DNA of 61,177 nucleotides, filler included. It is 5 parts of 5 records of this genome, joined end to end, with 100 filler letters (N's around TTAATTAATTAA, not from the genome) between each part and the next. Parts side by side here need not be neighbours in the genome. Positions count along the whole stretch, not along the records: positions 13,150 to 39,108 come from SRR31156797_35599; 4 more parts are not named here. One strand, written 5' to 3'. Positions 29,732-39,208 of the stretch are shown here, piece by piece (position 1 is the first letter of the stretch; each line of letters starts with the position of its first letter). The position numbers and the translations under genes are program-made. The notes under the pieces are model-generated. The model ran no database searches, was not told where the DNA came from, and saw nothing but the letters and a program-made list of their open reading frames with translations.

Positions 29732-32596
29732 GTGACGCGAGATATGGCGGATCTTTCCATGCTGGAACTCTTTCGCATGGAGGCGGGCAACCATACCCAG
29801 GTGCTGGAAGAAGGCATTCCCGGTCTGGCTGCTGACGTTTCCCCGGAAAAAGTTCAGCCGCTCATCCATGCTGCCCATGCCTTGAAAGGTTCAGGCAAGA
29901 TCGTGGGACTGGCTGATGCTGTGGAGCTTGCTCAGGCCATGGAAAACGTGCTGGACAGGTGTTCCGGTTCAGGGGGGGGGCTTGCAGGGCAGGCTGTTGA
30001 GGGATTGTTGGCCGGAACCCGTTTCCTGCATTCCCTTGCTGAAGTTGAAGCGGAAGAAATGGACGGCTGGTTGGAAAAAAGGTCCGGGGAGTTTAAAGAG
30101 CTGCTTGCAAGTCTTAAGTCCGCTGATTCAGAAACTCCTGTTGAGCCTGCAAAAGAAAAGGATGTCCAAGTTCCAGCAGCTCAGGAACAACAGGCAGAAG
30201 AACCACAATCCCCTTCAGATGAAATTTCAGAAGCTGCGCCAGCGCAGGCAGCTGCTCCGGCCAAGGAAGATATTCCTCTTGCCGATCTTTCCATGCTTGA
30301 TCTTTTCCGTATGGAGGCTGAGAGCCATTCACAGGCCTTAAATCAAGGGCTTTTAGAGCTGGAAAAGGATCAGGCCCCGGACAAGGTGGAGCCGCTCATG
30401 CGTGCGGCCCATTCCATGAAGGGGGCAGCCAGAATTGTAGGGCTGACCGATGCCGTGGCCCTTGCGCATGCCATGGAGGATTTGCTCGTCTCCTGCCAGA
30501 AGGGTGAGACCGTTCTCGGCTCAGGACAGATTGACCTGCTGCTGGCGGCCACAGATATTTACCGTGATGTTTCGCAGCTTGAAACAGATGCCATTCAGGG
30601 ATTTTTAAGTGAACGTAAGCCGCTCATGGATCAGATGGAAAAGGCTTTGCGCGGGGACGAGGAGGCGGCACTCCACGTTTGTTCCGAAGTTTGCCCGCAG
30701 GGAATTCCGGTATCAATTGTCGAACCTGTTGCCGAGCCTGTGGCGGAAGTCATTGAAGCCTTCCCGGAGCAGGGAGATTACAAGCAGGAAGCTTCGGTCC
30801 CGGCCAAAGATGTTCCTTCAGCTAAAGAAAGTCCTGCTCCTGCGCGGGGAGTGCGTGCACCCGATGATTCGGTGGTCCGTGTTTCCGCCGGGAATCTGAA
30901 CAGGCTCATGGCTCTTGCCGGGGAAAGTCTCGTGGAATCAGGAAGGCTGGGCGAATTTGCTTCTTCATTGTTGCGTTTAAAAGCCGGACACCGGGACGTA
31001 ATGAAAATTTTGGAGCAATCCTGCGAGCGGGTTAAGCATGGCGAAACAGCCGAAGACGTTGTGGTTGAACTTAAAGCAGCTCTGATGGAAAATCAGGTGC
31101 AGCTGGTTAAGCATATCAATAAGTTCGATCTTTACCGCAGGCGCAATGATAATGTTTCCGGCAGGCTGTACCATGAGGTAATTGCCAGCCGCATGCGTCC
31201 TTTCTCCGACGGCGGGCGTGGTTTTCCCCGTTTGGTCCGCGATTTGGCCCGTTCGCTGGGTAAAGAAGTGGACTTCATCATCGAAGGCGAGACGACCTCC
31301 GTAGACCGTGACATTCTGGATAAGTTGGAAGCTCCCCTCAATCATTTGATCAGGAATGCAGTTGACCACGGCATCGAGATGCCGGAAGAGCGTGTTTCTA
31401 CTGGTAAGCCATCCACCGGAATTATCAAGGTTATCGCTGGGCACCGGGCCGGAATGCTTTTCATTGAGGTGCGTGATGACGGTCAGGGTTTGGACCCGGA
31501 GCGGATCAGGGCCAAGGTGGTGGAGCGCAAGCTGGCTCCGGCGCGTATGGCAGAGGAAATGAGCCGCGCTGAGTTAATGGAATTTTTATTTTTACCCGGT
31601 TTTTCCACTGCCGGAAAAGTTACTGAGATTTCCGGGCGAGGAGTCGGTCTGGACGTGGTTCATGCCATGGTTCAGGAAGTTGGCGGCACAGTCCGTGCAG
31701 ATTCTGAACCCGGACAAGGCATGTCTTTTTCCATGCAGCTACCGCTGACTCTTTCAGTTATCCGTACCCTGCTGGTGAAGATTGCGGACCAGCCCTATGC
31801 CGTTCCTTTGAGCCGTATCAGTCGCATTGCTTCGGTTTTTACGGACCAGCTCAAGCTGGTTGAGGACCGCCAGTATGTCTCGCTGGACGGAGCCAATGTG
31901 GGATTGGTGCCTGCGGCACAGATTTTGGGTGTAAGCTCGACCCAAACTGAAGATGACGGCCTCAAGGTAGTGGTCATCAGTGACCGTATGAACAAATACG
32001 GGCTGGTGGTGGATGATTTCTTAGGTGAGCAGGACCTTGTGGTCCGTCCGTTGGACCATCGTCTGGGCAATGTGCCGGATGTGAATTCAGTGGCTATGAT
32101 GCCTGACGGTTCGCCGGTGCTCATTCTTGATGCCGAAGACCTTGTGCGCTCCATCGACAACCTTCTTTCCGGCGGCAGGCTGGGCAAGGTGGGACTGGAA
32201 TCAGCAGAAAGCGGTCCGGTCCAGAAGATTCTGGTGGTGGATGATTCACTTACCGTACGTGAGGTGGAACGCAAGCTTCTGGTCAATCATGGTTACGAAG
32301 TGGATACGGCGGTTGACGGGCAGGATGGATTCAACGCAGTCATTTCAGGTGACTACGATCTTGTGGTTACAGATGTGGATATGCCTCGAATGAACGGGCT
32401 GGAACTTACCAGCAAGATCAAGGCTGACCCGGATCTCAAGTCTATTCCGGTAATGATGGTTTCCTATAAGGACCGCAAGGAAGATAAGCTCCGCGGGCTT
32501 GAAGCCGGTGCGGATTATTATTTGACCAAGAGCAGTTTCCATGACGAGACTCTGCTTTCGGCAGTTGAAGATCTTATAGGCGGGGCTGGAAAATGA
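29732..32596 (+). CDS. wspE: Hybrid CheA-REC kinase, WspE-like, with two Hpt domains
   Basis: AHALKG and AHSMKG Hpt motifs, HLIRNAVDHG, FLPGFST, SGRGVGLD, CheW domain, receiver VDDS...TDVDMP. Start may be ATG 29744. Confidence 0.9.
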   Translation: MTRDMADLSMLELFRMEAGNHTQVLEEGIPGLAADVSPEKVQPLIHAAHALKGSGKIVGLADAVELAQAMENVLDRCSGSGGGLAGQAVEGLLAGTRFLHSLAEVEAEEMDGWLEKRSGEFKELLASLKSADSETPVEPAKEKDVQVPAAQEQQAEEPQSPSDEISEAAPAQAAAPAKEDIPLADLSMLDLFRMEAESHSQALNQGLLELEKDQAPDKVEPLMRAAHSMKGAARIVGLTDAVALAHAMEDLLVSCQKGETVLGSGQIDLLLAATDIYRDVSQLETDAIQGFLSERKPLMDQMEKALRGDEEAALHVCSEVCPQGIPVSIVEPVAEPVAEVIEAFPEQGDYKQEASVPAKDVPSAKESPAPARGVRAPDDSVVRVSAGNLNRLMALAGESLVESGRLGEFASSLLRLKAGHRDVMKILEQSCERVKHGETAEDVVVELKAALMENQVQLVKHINKFDLYRRRNDNVSGRLYHEVIASRMRPFSDGGRGFPRLVRDLARSLGKEVDFIIEGETTSVDRDILDKLEAPLNHLIRNAVDHGIEMPEERVSTGKPSTGIIKVIAGHRAGMLFIEVRDDGQGLDPERIRAKVVERKLAPARMAEEMSRAELMEFLFLPGFSTAGKVTEISGRGVGLDVVHAMVQEVGGTVRADSEPGQGMSFSMQLPLTLSVIRTLLVKIADQPYAVPLSRISRIASVFTDQLKLVEDRQYVSLDGANVGLVPAAQILGVSSTQTEDDGLKVVVISDRMNKYGLVVDDFLGEQDLVVRPLDHRLGNVPDVNSVAMMPDGSPVLILDAEDLVRSIDNLLSGGRLGKVGLESAESGPVQKILVVDDSLTVREVERKLLVNHGYEVDTAVDGQDGFNAVISGDYDLVVTDVDMPRMNGLELTSKIKADPDLKSIPVMMVSYKDRKEDKLRGLEAGADYYLTKSSFHDETLLSAVEDLIGGAGK

Positions 32597-33606
32597 AAAT
32601 AGGTATTGTAAATGATCTGGCATCAGCGGTGGATGTTCTCAAAAAAGTGATTACCGATGCCGGACATGAAATCGCATGGATAGCTCATAACGGGGAAAAG
32701 GCGGTGGATAAGTGCTGCGCCGATGTTCCTGACCTTGTGCTTATGGATCTGGTCATGCCCGTGTTGGACGGGGCCGGGGCTACACAGGGGATTATGCAGA
32801 AATGTCCTTGTCCTGTCTTGATTGTTACATCCAGTATTGAGGGTAATTCTACCAAGGTCTTTGAGGCCATGGGTGCCGGGGCTCTTGATGTGGTCACCAC
32901 TCCCCGTCAGGAGAACGGCTCTATTGAAGGTGGAAATGATCTGCTCGCTAAAATTTCAGTAATCGGCAAGTTGCAGGGCAATAAGAAGGAAAGACCTGCT
33001 CCTAAGCCTGCGCCGAAAGTGAGGATGGTTCCCCCGTTGCTGGCAATAGGTAGTTCTACCGGCGGGCCATCCGCTTTAGCTTCCCTTCTTGGGTCTTTGC
33101 CGGAAGATTTTCCTGCAGCCATTGCCATTGCCCAGCATGTGGACGGGCATTTTTCCGAAAATCTGGCCCAATGGCTGGACGGCCAGACCGGGTTGAAAGT
33201 TGAACTTGCCCGCAGCGGCATGGTCATGCAGGCCGGAAAGGCGGTCATTGCTCCCGGTGACCGGCATATGCGCATGGGACCGGGAGGTACTGTGGAATTG
33301 TCCCGCGGGCCGGGTGAGAACATTTATGTACCCTCTGTTGATATTCTTTTTGAGAGTCTTTGTTGTGCCGGGTTTCCGTCCAATTCAGCGGCGGTGTTGC
33401 TTACGGGTATGGGTGCTGACGGGGCTAGGGGTATGTGTGATCTCAGGAATTCAGGGTGGATGACCGTGGCACAGGATAAGGAATCCAGTGTTGTCTGGGG
33501 CATGCCCGGTGCGGCGGTGAAAATGGGTGCGGCAAGTGAGATATGTTCCATTGAGGACATGGCCGGGTTGCTGGTAAGGCATTTTAAAAAACGTTTCAGG
33601 AGTTAG
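32593..33606 (+). CDS. wspF: CheB methylesterase, WspF-like
   Basis: MKIGIVND receiver start typical of WspF; GSSTGG, QH and TGMGADG catalytic motifs. Confidence 0.88.
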   Translation: MKIGIVNDLASAVDVLKKVITDAGHEIAWIAHNGEKAVDKCCADVPDLVLMDLVMPVLDGAGATQGIMQKCPCPVLIVTSSIEGNSTKVFEAMGAGALDVVTTPRQENGSIEGGNDLLAKISVIGKLQGNKKERPAPKPAPKVRMVPPLLAIGSSTGGPSALASLLGSLPEDFPAAIAIAQHVDGHFSENLAQWLDGQTGLKVELARSGMVMQAGKAVIAPGDRHMRMGPGGTVELSRGPGENIYVPSVDILFESLCCAGFPSNSAAVLLTGMGADGARGMCDLRNSGWMTVAQDKESSVVWGMPGAAVKMGAASEICSIEDMAGLLVRHFKKRFRS

Positions 33607-34796
33607 TGATGACCGAAGTCAAAGAGCAATTGCTCACCGAACATAAGATCAATGTCTTGCTCATAGATGACCAGCCTATGGTGGGGGAGGCTGTGCGGCG
33701 TATGCTCGCGGGCGAAGATGACATTGATTTCCACTTTGTGAGTGATCCGACCAAGGCCATCCCCACTGCCGAAAAGTTGCAGCCTACGGTAATTTTGCAG
33801 GACCTTGTCATGCCGGAGATTGATGGCATGACCATGGTCAAGTTCATGCGGGTCAATTCCAAGCTTAAGGATATCCCCCTGATCGTGCTTTCCACCAAAG
33901 AGGAACCCACCACCAAGGCCGAGGCCTTTGCCCTTGGAGCCAATGATTATTTGGTTAAACTTCCTGACCGCATCGAGCTTCTGGCCCGTATCCGTTACCA
34001 CTCCATGGGTTACATTAACCTCTTGCAGAGGAATGAGGCTTACGAGCAATTGCGCGAAAGCAGGGATGAGATGCGTAAGGAGCTGGCTGTTGCTGCCGAT
34101 TACGTAACTTCACTGTTGCCGGACCCGGTTAAAGAGGGAAATATACAGGCTGACTGGCGTTTTATTCCTTCGGCATCATTGGGAGGAGATTCCTTTGGTT
34201 ACCACTGGCTGGATGACGATCATTTTGCCATGTATCTGCTCGATGTCTGTGACCATGGGGTAGGCTCCGCTTTGCTTTCTGTCTCAGCCATGAATGTGCT
34301 TCGTTCTCAGACTTTGCCGGATACGGATTTCCTTAAGCCGGATAAGGTTCTGGAAGCCCTGAATGATTCCTTTCAGATGGATCAGCAGAATAATCTTTAT
34401 TTCACCATGTGGTACGGGGTTTACCGCAAATCTGACCGGACCCTGATTTATTCCAGTGGAGGCCATCCACCGGCCCTGCTTATCGCAGACGGGGAAGCAA
34501 AGCAGTTGCGTACTCCGGGGATGATTGTGGGCGGCATGCCGGATATGATCTACACCAGTGATTCTGTGACCATTGAACCGGGTGCACGTTTCTTTCTCTA
34601 TAGCGACGGTGTTTACGAGCTTAAGAAGGTCACGGACGGAAAGATGTGGGAGTTCGAGGAATTTGCCGGATTCATGAAAGGAACTGGAGGAGAACTCGGC
34701 AAACCAATTGACCAGTTGATAGACCATACCCGCAAGTTGCAGGGTGGTGAGCTTTACGAAGATGATTTTTCCATGGTTGAGTTTGTATTTGCCTAA
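33606..34796 (+). CDS. WspR-type receiver and stalk fused to a PP2C/SpoIIE phosphatase
   Basis: LLIDDQPMVGEAVRR, QDLVMP, LSTKEE, GANDYLVKLPD, RIRYHS; then GGD, DVCDHG, SGGHPP, YSDG, DDFS. Confidence 0.9.
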   Translation: MMTEVKEQLLTEHKINVLLIDDQPMVGEAVRRMLAGEDDIDFHFVSDPTKAIPTAEKLQPTVILQDLVMPEIDGMTMVKFMRVNSKLKDIPLIVLSTKEEPTTKAEAFALGANDYLVKLPDRIELLARIRYHSMGYINLLQRNEAYEQLRESRDEMRKELAVAADYVTSLLPDPVKEGNIQADWRFIPSASLGGDSFGYHWLDDDHFAMYLLDVCDHGVGSALLSVSAMNVLRSQTLPDTDFLKPDKVLEALNDSFQMDQQNNLYFTMWYGVYRKSDRTLIYSSGGHPPALLIADGEAKQLRTPGMIVGGMPDMIYTSDSVTIEPGARFFLYSDGVYELKKVTDGKMWEFEEFAGFMKGTGGELGKPIDQLIDHTRKLQGGELYEDDFSMVEFVFA

Positions 34797-34833
34797 AGAG
34801 CTCTGGTAATTAATCGGGAATTAAAGAGGACTG

Positions 34834-36675
34834 ATGATGAGTATCCGCAAACAGTTCATAGCCGGATGTGTGGTTTTCTGCATAGCCTTGACCGTGTCCA
34901 TTATGTGGCTGGTTTCAGATTATGCGAGGGAGACCTTGATGGACCAGTTCCGGTCCAAGGCAGAAATCATGCTCCATACCATGAAGGCTGTGCGCAAGCA
35001 TACCGGGGCAGTGATCCGTCCTAAGGCTACGGAGATGCTGCCGGAAAATATGTTTGTACCCGAGTTGCAGTCCACATCTTTTACCGCCAACGGGGTCTTC
35101 GGGCGTATTCCTGATCTTTACAGGCATGAGTTGTCTTTCAAGACCGCATCCACCAAGCCCCGCAATCCTGATAATCTGGCAACCACTGATGAGGCCCGGA
35201 TCATTGAAGAGCTTGATGCTATGGCCCAGTCCGGGCAAAGGCCATTTATAGGGGAAATCCGCAAAATCAACGGCATTGAGTCTTTTCTCGTAGCTGAAGG
35301 TGAGTCGAATAAGCCTTCCTGCATGGTCTGTCACGGTGATCCCAAGACTGCTCCCCTGTCCATGAAAAACAGATATCCGGTTAAAAAAGATATGGGTTAT
35401 TACCGCAAGCCGGGGCGTATTGAATGCGCCATGATCTCCGCCATCCCTCTGGCTGCCATGAATGCGGCATCCAATCAGGCTCTCGGTGCAGTTGTTTTTA
35501 TGGGCTGTATTTTTATTGCAGTAACCCTTGGTTTTCTGCTCTTTGGGTTGAACCTTATTTTTAGTCCTGTCTCCCGTATAACCGACATTGCCAAAGATAT
35601 TGCTTCCGGTGATTTACACAGTGCCAGTGTTTCCATCCGTAAGATGAAGAATATGGCTGAAGGGAAATTTTTTGCCGGCAGGATTATTCGGCCCGGTAAT
35701 GAAATCGGTAATCTGGTGACTTCCTTTGAAACAATGATTTCAGGATTGTCGGAGCTGATCGGGGAAGTGCAGTCTTCCGGGGATAATGTTTCTGTGGCCG
35801 GAAATAAAATCAGGTCCACAGCTGAACATATTGATTCCGCTGTAAACAGGCAGGCTGCTTCCACTAATGAAGTTACCGCTACCAGCAGACTGATCAGCAA
35901 GACCTCTAAAGATCTGGTGGAAGTAATGACTGATGTTGCGGACAGTGCCAGTGAATCTGCCCATATGGCCGAGGCCCTGCAGGGCAATATCGATCGGCGT
36001 GAGCAGTCCTTGATCAGGCTGGTTAATTCAACTGACAATGTTGCTTCGCGCTTGGCGGCCATCAACGAAAAAGCCAGCAGGATCAACCATATCGTGACCA
36101 CTATCGCCAGAATCGCAGATCAGACCAACTTGCTTTCTCTCAATGCGGCCATTGAAGCGGAAAAAGCCGGACAGTTCGGTCAGGGCTTCTCTGTGGTTGC
36201 CCGCGAGATGCGTAGACTGGCTGATCAGACGGTCATTGCCGCTGAAGATATTGAACTCATGGTCAGGGACATGCAATCCGCAGTGAGTTCCGGTGTCATG
36301 GAGATGGAGACTTTCAATCATGAAGTCCGCTCCAGCGTTGATGAAGTGGAGCAGATGAGTTCCGATCTTGGACAGATTGTGGAACAAGTCCGGGTACTCA
36401 AGCCCCGTTTCGTGGATGTTTCCCGTTCCATGGGGGATCAGGCCGATAGTGCGGAACAGATCAGCGATGCCATGTCAGATTTGAGTGACACTGCTGCCGG
36501 AACCACAGAATACCTTGAAGATTTCAAGCGAACCGTGGCGAGTTTGAATTATACCGTACAGAGCTTGACCGGTGCTGTTGACGGTTTCCAGACAGTCGAA
36601 GACGATTTCTTCACAGCAACGGACGAAAAAGAGCGCCTAGCCAAGACAGAAACTGAACCGGATTCAGATAATTAA
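34834..36675 (+). CDS. Second WspA-like chemoreceptor with a c-type heme (DUF3365/Tll0287-like) sensor domain
   Basis: Between two TM helices: KTASTKPRNPDN and CMVCHG; same AEKAG...RRLADQT tip as the first MCP. Confidence 0.85.
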   Translation: MMSIRKQFIAGCVVFCIALTVSIMWLVSDYARETLMDQFRSKAEIMLHTMKAVRKHTGAVIRPKATEMLPENMFVPELQSTSFTANGVFGRIPDLYRHELSFKTASTKPRNPDNLATTDEARIIEELDAMAQSGQRPFIGEIRKINGIESFLVAEGESNKPSCMVCHGDPKTAPLSMKNRYPVKKDMGYYRKPGRIECAMISAIPLAAMNAASNQALGAVVFMGCIFIAVTLGFLLFGLNLIFSPVSRITDIAKDIASGDLHSASVSIRKMKNMAEGKFFAGRIIRPGNEIGNLVTSFETMISGLSELIGEVQSSGDNVSVAGNKIRSTAEHIDSAVNRQAASTNEVTATSRLISKTSKDLVEVMTDVADSASESAHMAEALQGNIDRREQSLIRLVNSTDNVASRLAAINEKASRINHIVTTIARIADQTNLLSLNAAIEAEKAGQFGQGFSVVAREMRRLADQTVIAAEDIELMVRDMQSAVSSGVMEMETFNHEVRSSVDEVEQMSSDLGQIVEQVRVLKPRFVDVSRSMGDQADSAEQISDAMSDLSDTAAGTTEYLEDFKRTVASLNYTVQSLTGAVDGFQTVEDDFFTATDEKERLAKTETEPDSDN

Positions 36676-36692
36676 CATAGTTGTAACGACTC
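36671..36692 (+). promoter_or_regulatory. Pho-box-like direct repeat
   Basis: TTAACAT (36672) and GTAACGA (36683), 11-bp period, upstream of phoB. Confidence 0.4.
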
Positions 36693-36745
36693 CGACTTAA
36701 TTCGTACCATTGTTACAGGTAAGGTCCGACCAAAAGGAGAACATT

Positions 36746-37438
36746 GTGTCAGTTGAGAAAATACTGGTTGTTGAAGACCATAATGATACTATCGAGTTGT
36801 TGAAGTACAACCTTACCTCTTCCGGTTACGAGGTTGTAACCGCCATGGACGGTCATAAAGCCCTCGATCAGGCTAGAACACAGACCCCCGATTTGATCCT
36901 GCTGGACCTTATGTTGCCCGGTATTGACGGGCTTGAAGTCTGCCGCAGGCTGAAGCAGGAAGTTGCCACCCAGCATGTCCCGGTGATTATGCTTACCGCC
37001 AAGGGCGAGGAAGTGGACCGGGTTGTGGGGCTTGAGCTCGGCGTTGATGATTATATTGTCAAACCGTTCAGCCCCCGTGAACTTGTACTCAGGGTGAAAG
37101 CCGTACTGCGCCGCAGTACTGAAGTGCCTGAGTCGCGTCGTCCCGGAAAATGGAGCCGTGAGGGTCTTTCCGTAGATTTTGAAGCCCACACTGTGGAATG
37201 CGACGGTGACCTTGTGGCTCTTACTGCTACTGAATTCAAGCTTTTTTCCGAACTTTTGCAGCACGAAGGCAAAGTCCGCACACGTGACCACCTGCTGGAT
37301 ACTGTCTGGGATACTCACTTTGAAGGTTATTCCAGAACAGTGGATACCCATATTCGCAGGTTGCGCCAGAAATTAGGCCCTTACGCAGATTATATTGAGA
37401 CTGTGCGCGGTGTGGGCTACCGGTTCAAGCATTCATAA
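36746..37438 (+). CDS. phoB: OmpR-family response regulator, PhoB-like
   Basis: LDLMLPG, TAKGEEVDRVVGLE, KPFSPREL, RTVDTHIRRLR, ETVRGVGY; AAGGAG RBS before GTG 36746. Confidence 0.85.
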   Translation: MSVEKILVVEDHNDTIELLKYNLTSSGYEVVTAMDGHKALDQARTQTPDLILLDLMLPGIDGLEVCRRLKQEVATQHVPVIMLTAKGEEVDRVVGLELGVDDYIVKPFSPRELVLRVKAVLRRSTEVPESRRPGKWSREGLSVDFEAHTVECDGDLVALTATEFKLFSELLQHEGKVRTRDHLLDTVWDTHFEGYSRTVDTHIRRLRQKLGPYADYIETVRGVGYRFKHS

Positions 37439-37607
37439 CCCTGTTTTTAACCAAATCGCATTAATGGATAAAGTTGCATAGTCCCGGATTTTCCGGGGGG
37501 CTTTGTTGCGCCCTTAATGTAATCCTTACCTGATTGTCATCTCTAGGCGTTGATTCCATGTTACGTTGTCCACGTATTTATTTAACTTTCTGACTTTAAA
37601 GACAATT

Positions 37608-39059
37608 ATGAACAGCGATTTGAAATTTTCAATCAAGAGTAAGCTCTTTATCGCAGTTTGCGTTACTGCTGTGATCTGCGTCAGCTTGCCTTTGGGGTTT
37701 GCCTATCATCTTTTGAAGGCTGATCTGGTTGCTGGTTCGGTTCATAGACCTGAGCAAACAATGGACCTGATTCTTAAGGTCTTTTTTTGGGCCCTGCCTA
37801 TTGTGGCTCTGGTTTGCTACGGGGTTATCCGTTTTGTGACCATGCAGCTCAGTTTTTCAGTGGAGTCCATGGTTCGTACTGCCGAGGCTGTGGGACAGGG
37901 TAATTACAAGCGTAGAATCAGGACTTTTCCGGATAAGGAGTTCATTCCTCTCGCCAATTCCATAAACTGGATGGCTGCACGTATTGATGAACATGTCAGC
38001 ACCATTACCAGACAGAAGAATAAGATTCAGGCTGTTTTTAACGGCATGTGGGATGGGGTCATGGTTTTGGACGGCTGCTGCCGTGTCCAGAGTGTGAACC
38101 GGGCTTTGAAAGATCTTTTTCCTGGTATTCAGAATGGGGTGGATCGCACCCCTCTTGAAATTATCCCCAGTCCGGATCTTTACGATGCATGCAAGGAAGT
38201 GGTTGCCTCGGAAGGACCGGAGGCCACAACAGTACAAGTTGTTCTGCCTAATGGCCGTGTTTATGATGTTAATATTGTCCGTTCTCCGCACACCTCCGAG
38301 CCTGGACAGGGGCCGGGAGCAATTGCCGTTTTTCATGACATCAGCGAGATCAAGCGTTTGGAGACCGTGCGACAGGATTTCGTAGCCAATGTATCCCATG
38401 AATTGCGCACCCCGCTTACGTCCGTCAAGGGCTATGCTGAGACCCTGCTTTCCGATCCTCCGCCCCCGGAATCCATACAGAAGAATTTTTTGGGTACTAT
38501 TGAGAAGAATGCCAACCACATGTGCAAGATTGTGGATGACCTGCTCAATCTTTCAAGGCTGGAAAGCGGGCATGAAAAGGTTGAACTTACGCCCATTGAT
38601 CCTGCCGATGCGTTGCGCGAAGCCTGGGAGGCCTGTTCCGGGCTTGCCGAAAGAAGAAAGGTTGATCTTAAGCGTAGCTTTGCAAAAGGTGATTTCTCGG
38701 TCATGGCGGATTCCGGGCAGCTTATGCAGTTGTTCAGGAATCTGTTGGAAAACGGTATCAAGTATGGGCCTGAGGAAAATCCGGTTATTGTTGAGCATCG
38801 TGTTGAAGGTGACCGTTTACAGCTTTCTGTGATTGATTCCGGTCCGGGGATTCCAGCAGCGGATCAGCCGCGTATCTTCGAACGTTTCTATTCCGTGGAA
38901 AAATTCCGCCGCAATGAGTTTGGGTCTACCGGACTCGGTCTCGCCATCTCCCGGCATATAGTTTCCAATCACGGCGGAGAAATCTCCGTACAATGCCCTC
39001 CTGAAGGATACAGGCAAGGCACTGCCTTTGTCTTCACCCTGCCGCTAAGAATGAACTGA
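37608..39059 (+). CDS. phoR: Sensor histidine kinase, PhoR-like (TM-HAMP-PAS-HisKA-HATPase)
   Basis: RQDFVANVSHELRTPLT.VKGYAETL, RIFERFY, GSTGLGLAI. Confidence 0.85.
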   Translation: MNSDLKFSIKSKLFIAVCVTAVICVSLPLGFAYHLLKADLVAGSVHRPEQTMDLILKVFFWALPIVALVCYGVIRFVTMQLSFSVESMVRTAEAVGQGNYKRRIRTFPDKEFIPLANSINWMAARIDEHVSTITRQKNKIQAVFNGMWDGVMVLDGCCRVQSVNRALKDLFPGIQNGVDRTPLEIIPSPDLYDACKEVVASEGPEATTVQVVLPNGRVYDVNIVRSPHTSEPGQGPGAIAVFHDISEIKRLETVRQDFVANVSHELRTPLTSVKGYAETLLSDPPPPESIQKNFLGTIEKNANHMCKIVDDLLNLSRLESGHEKVELTPIDPADALREAWEACSGLAERRKVDLKRSFAKGDFSVMADSGQLMQLFRNLLENGIKYGPEENPVIVEHRVEGDRLQLSVIDSGPGIPAADQPRIFERFYSVEKFRRNEFGSTGLGLAISRHIVSNHGGEISVQCPPEGYRQGTAFVFTLPLRMN

Positions 39060-39060
39060 T

Positions 39061-39108
39061 TTTGCCTCCGGCGGCCAAAGAAACTTTTTGGAAAAAGTTT
39101 CTCTGGAC
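39061..39108 (+). repeat. Intergenic REP-like element (GCCTCCGGCGGC plus hairpin), truncated
   Basis: GCCTCCGGCGGC followed by the hairpin AGAAACTTTTT-GG-AAAAAGTTTCT. Confidence 0.6.
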
Positions 39109-39208
39109 NNNNNNNNNNNNNNNNNNNNNNNNNNNNNNNNNNNNNNNNNNNNTTAATTAATTAANNNNNNNNNNNNNNNNNNNNNNNNNNNNNNNNNNNN
39201 NNNNNNNN
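39109..39208. other. Artificial contig linker
   Basis: N-run, TTAATTAATTAA, N-run. Confidence 0.98.
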
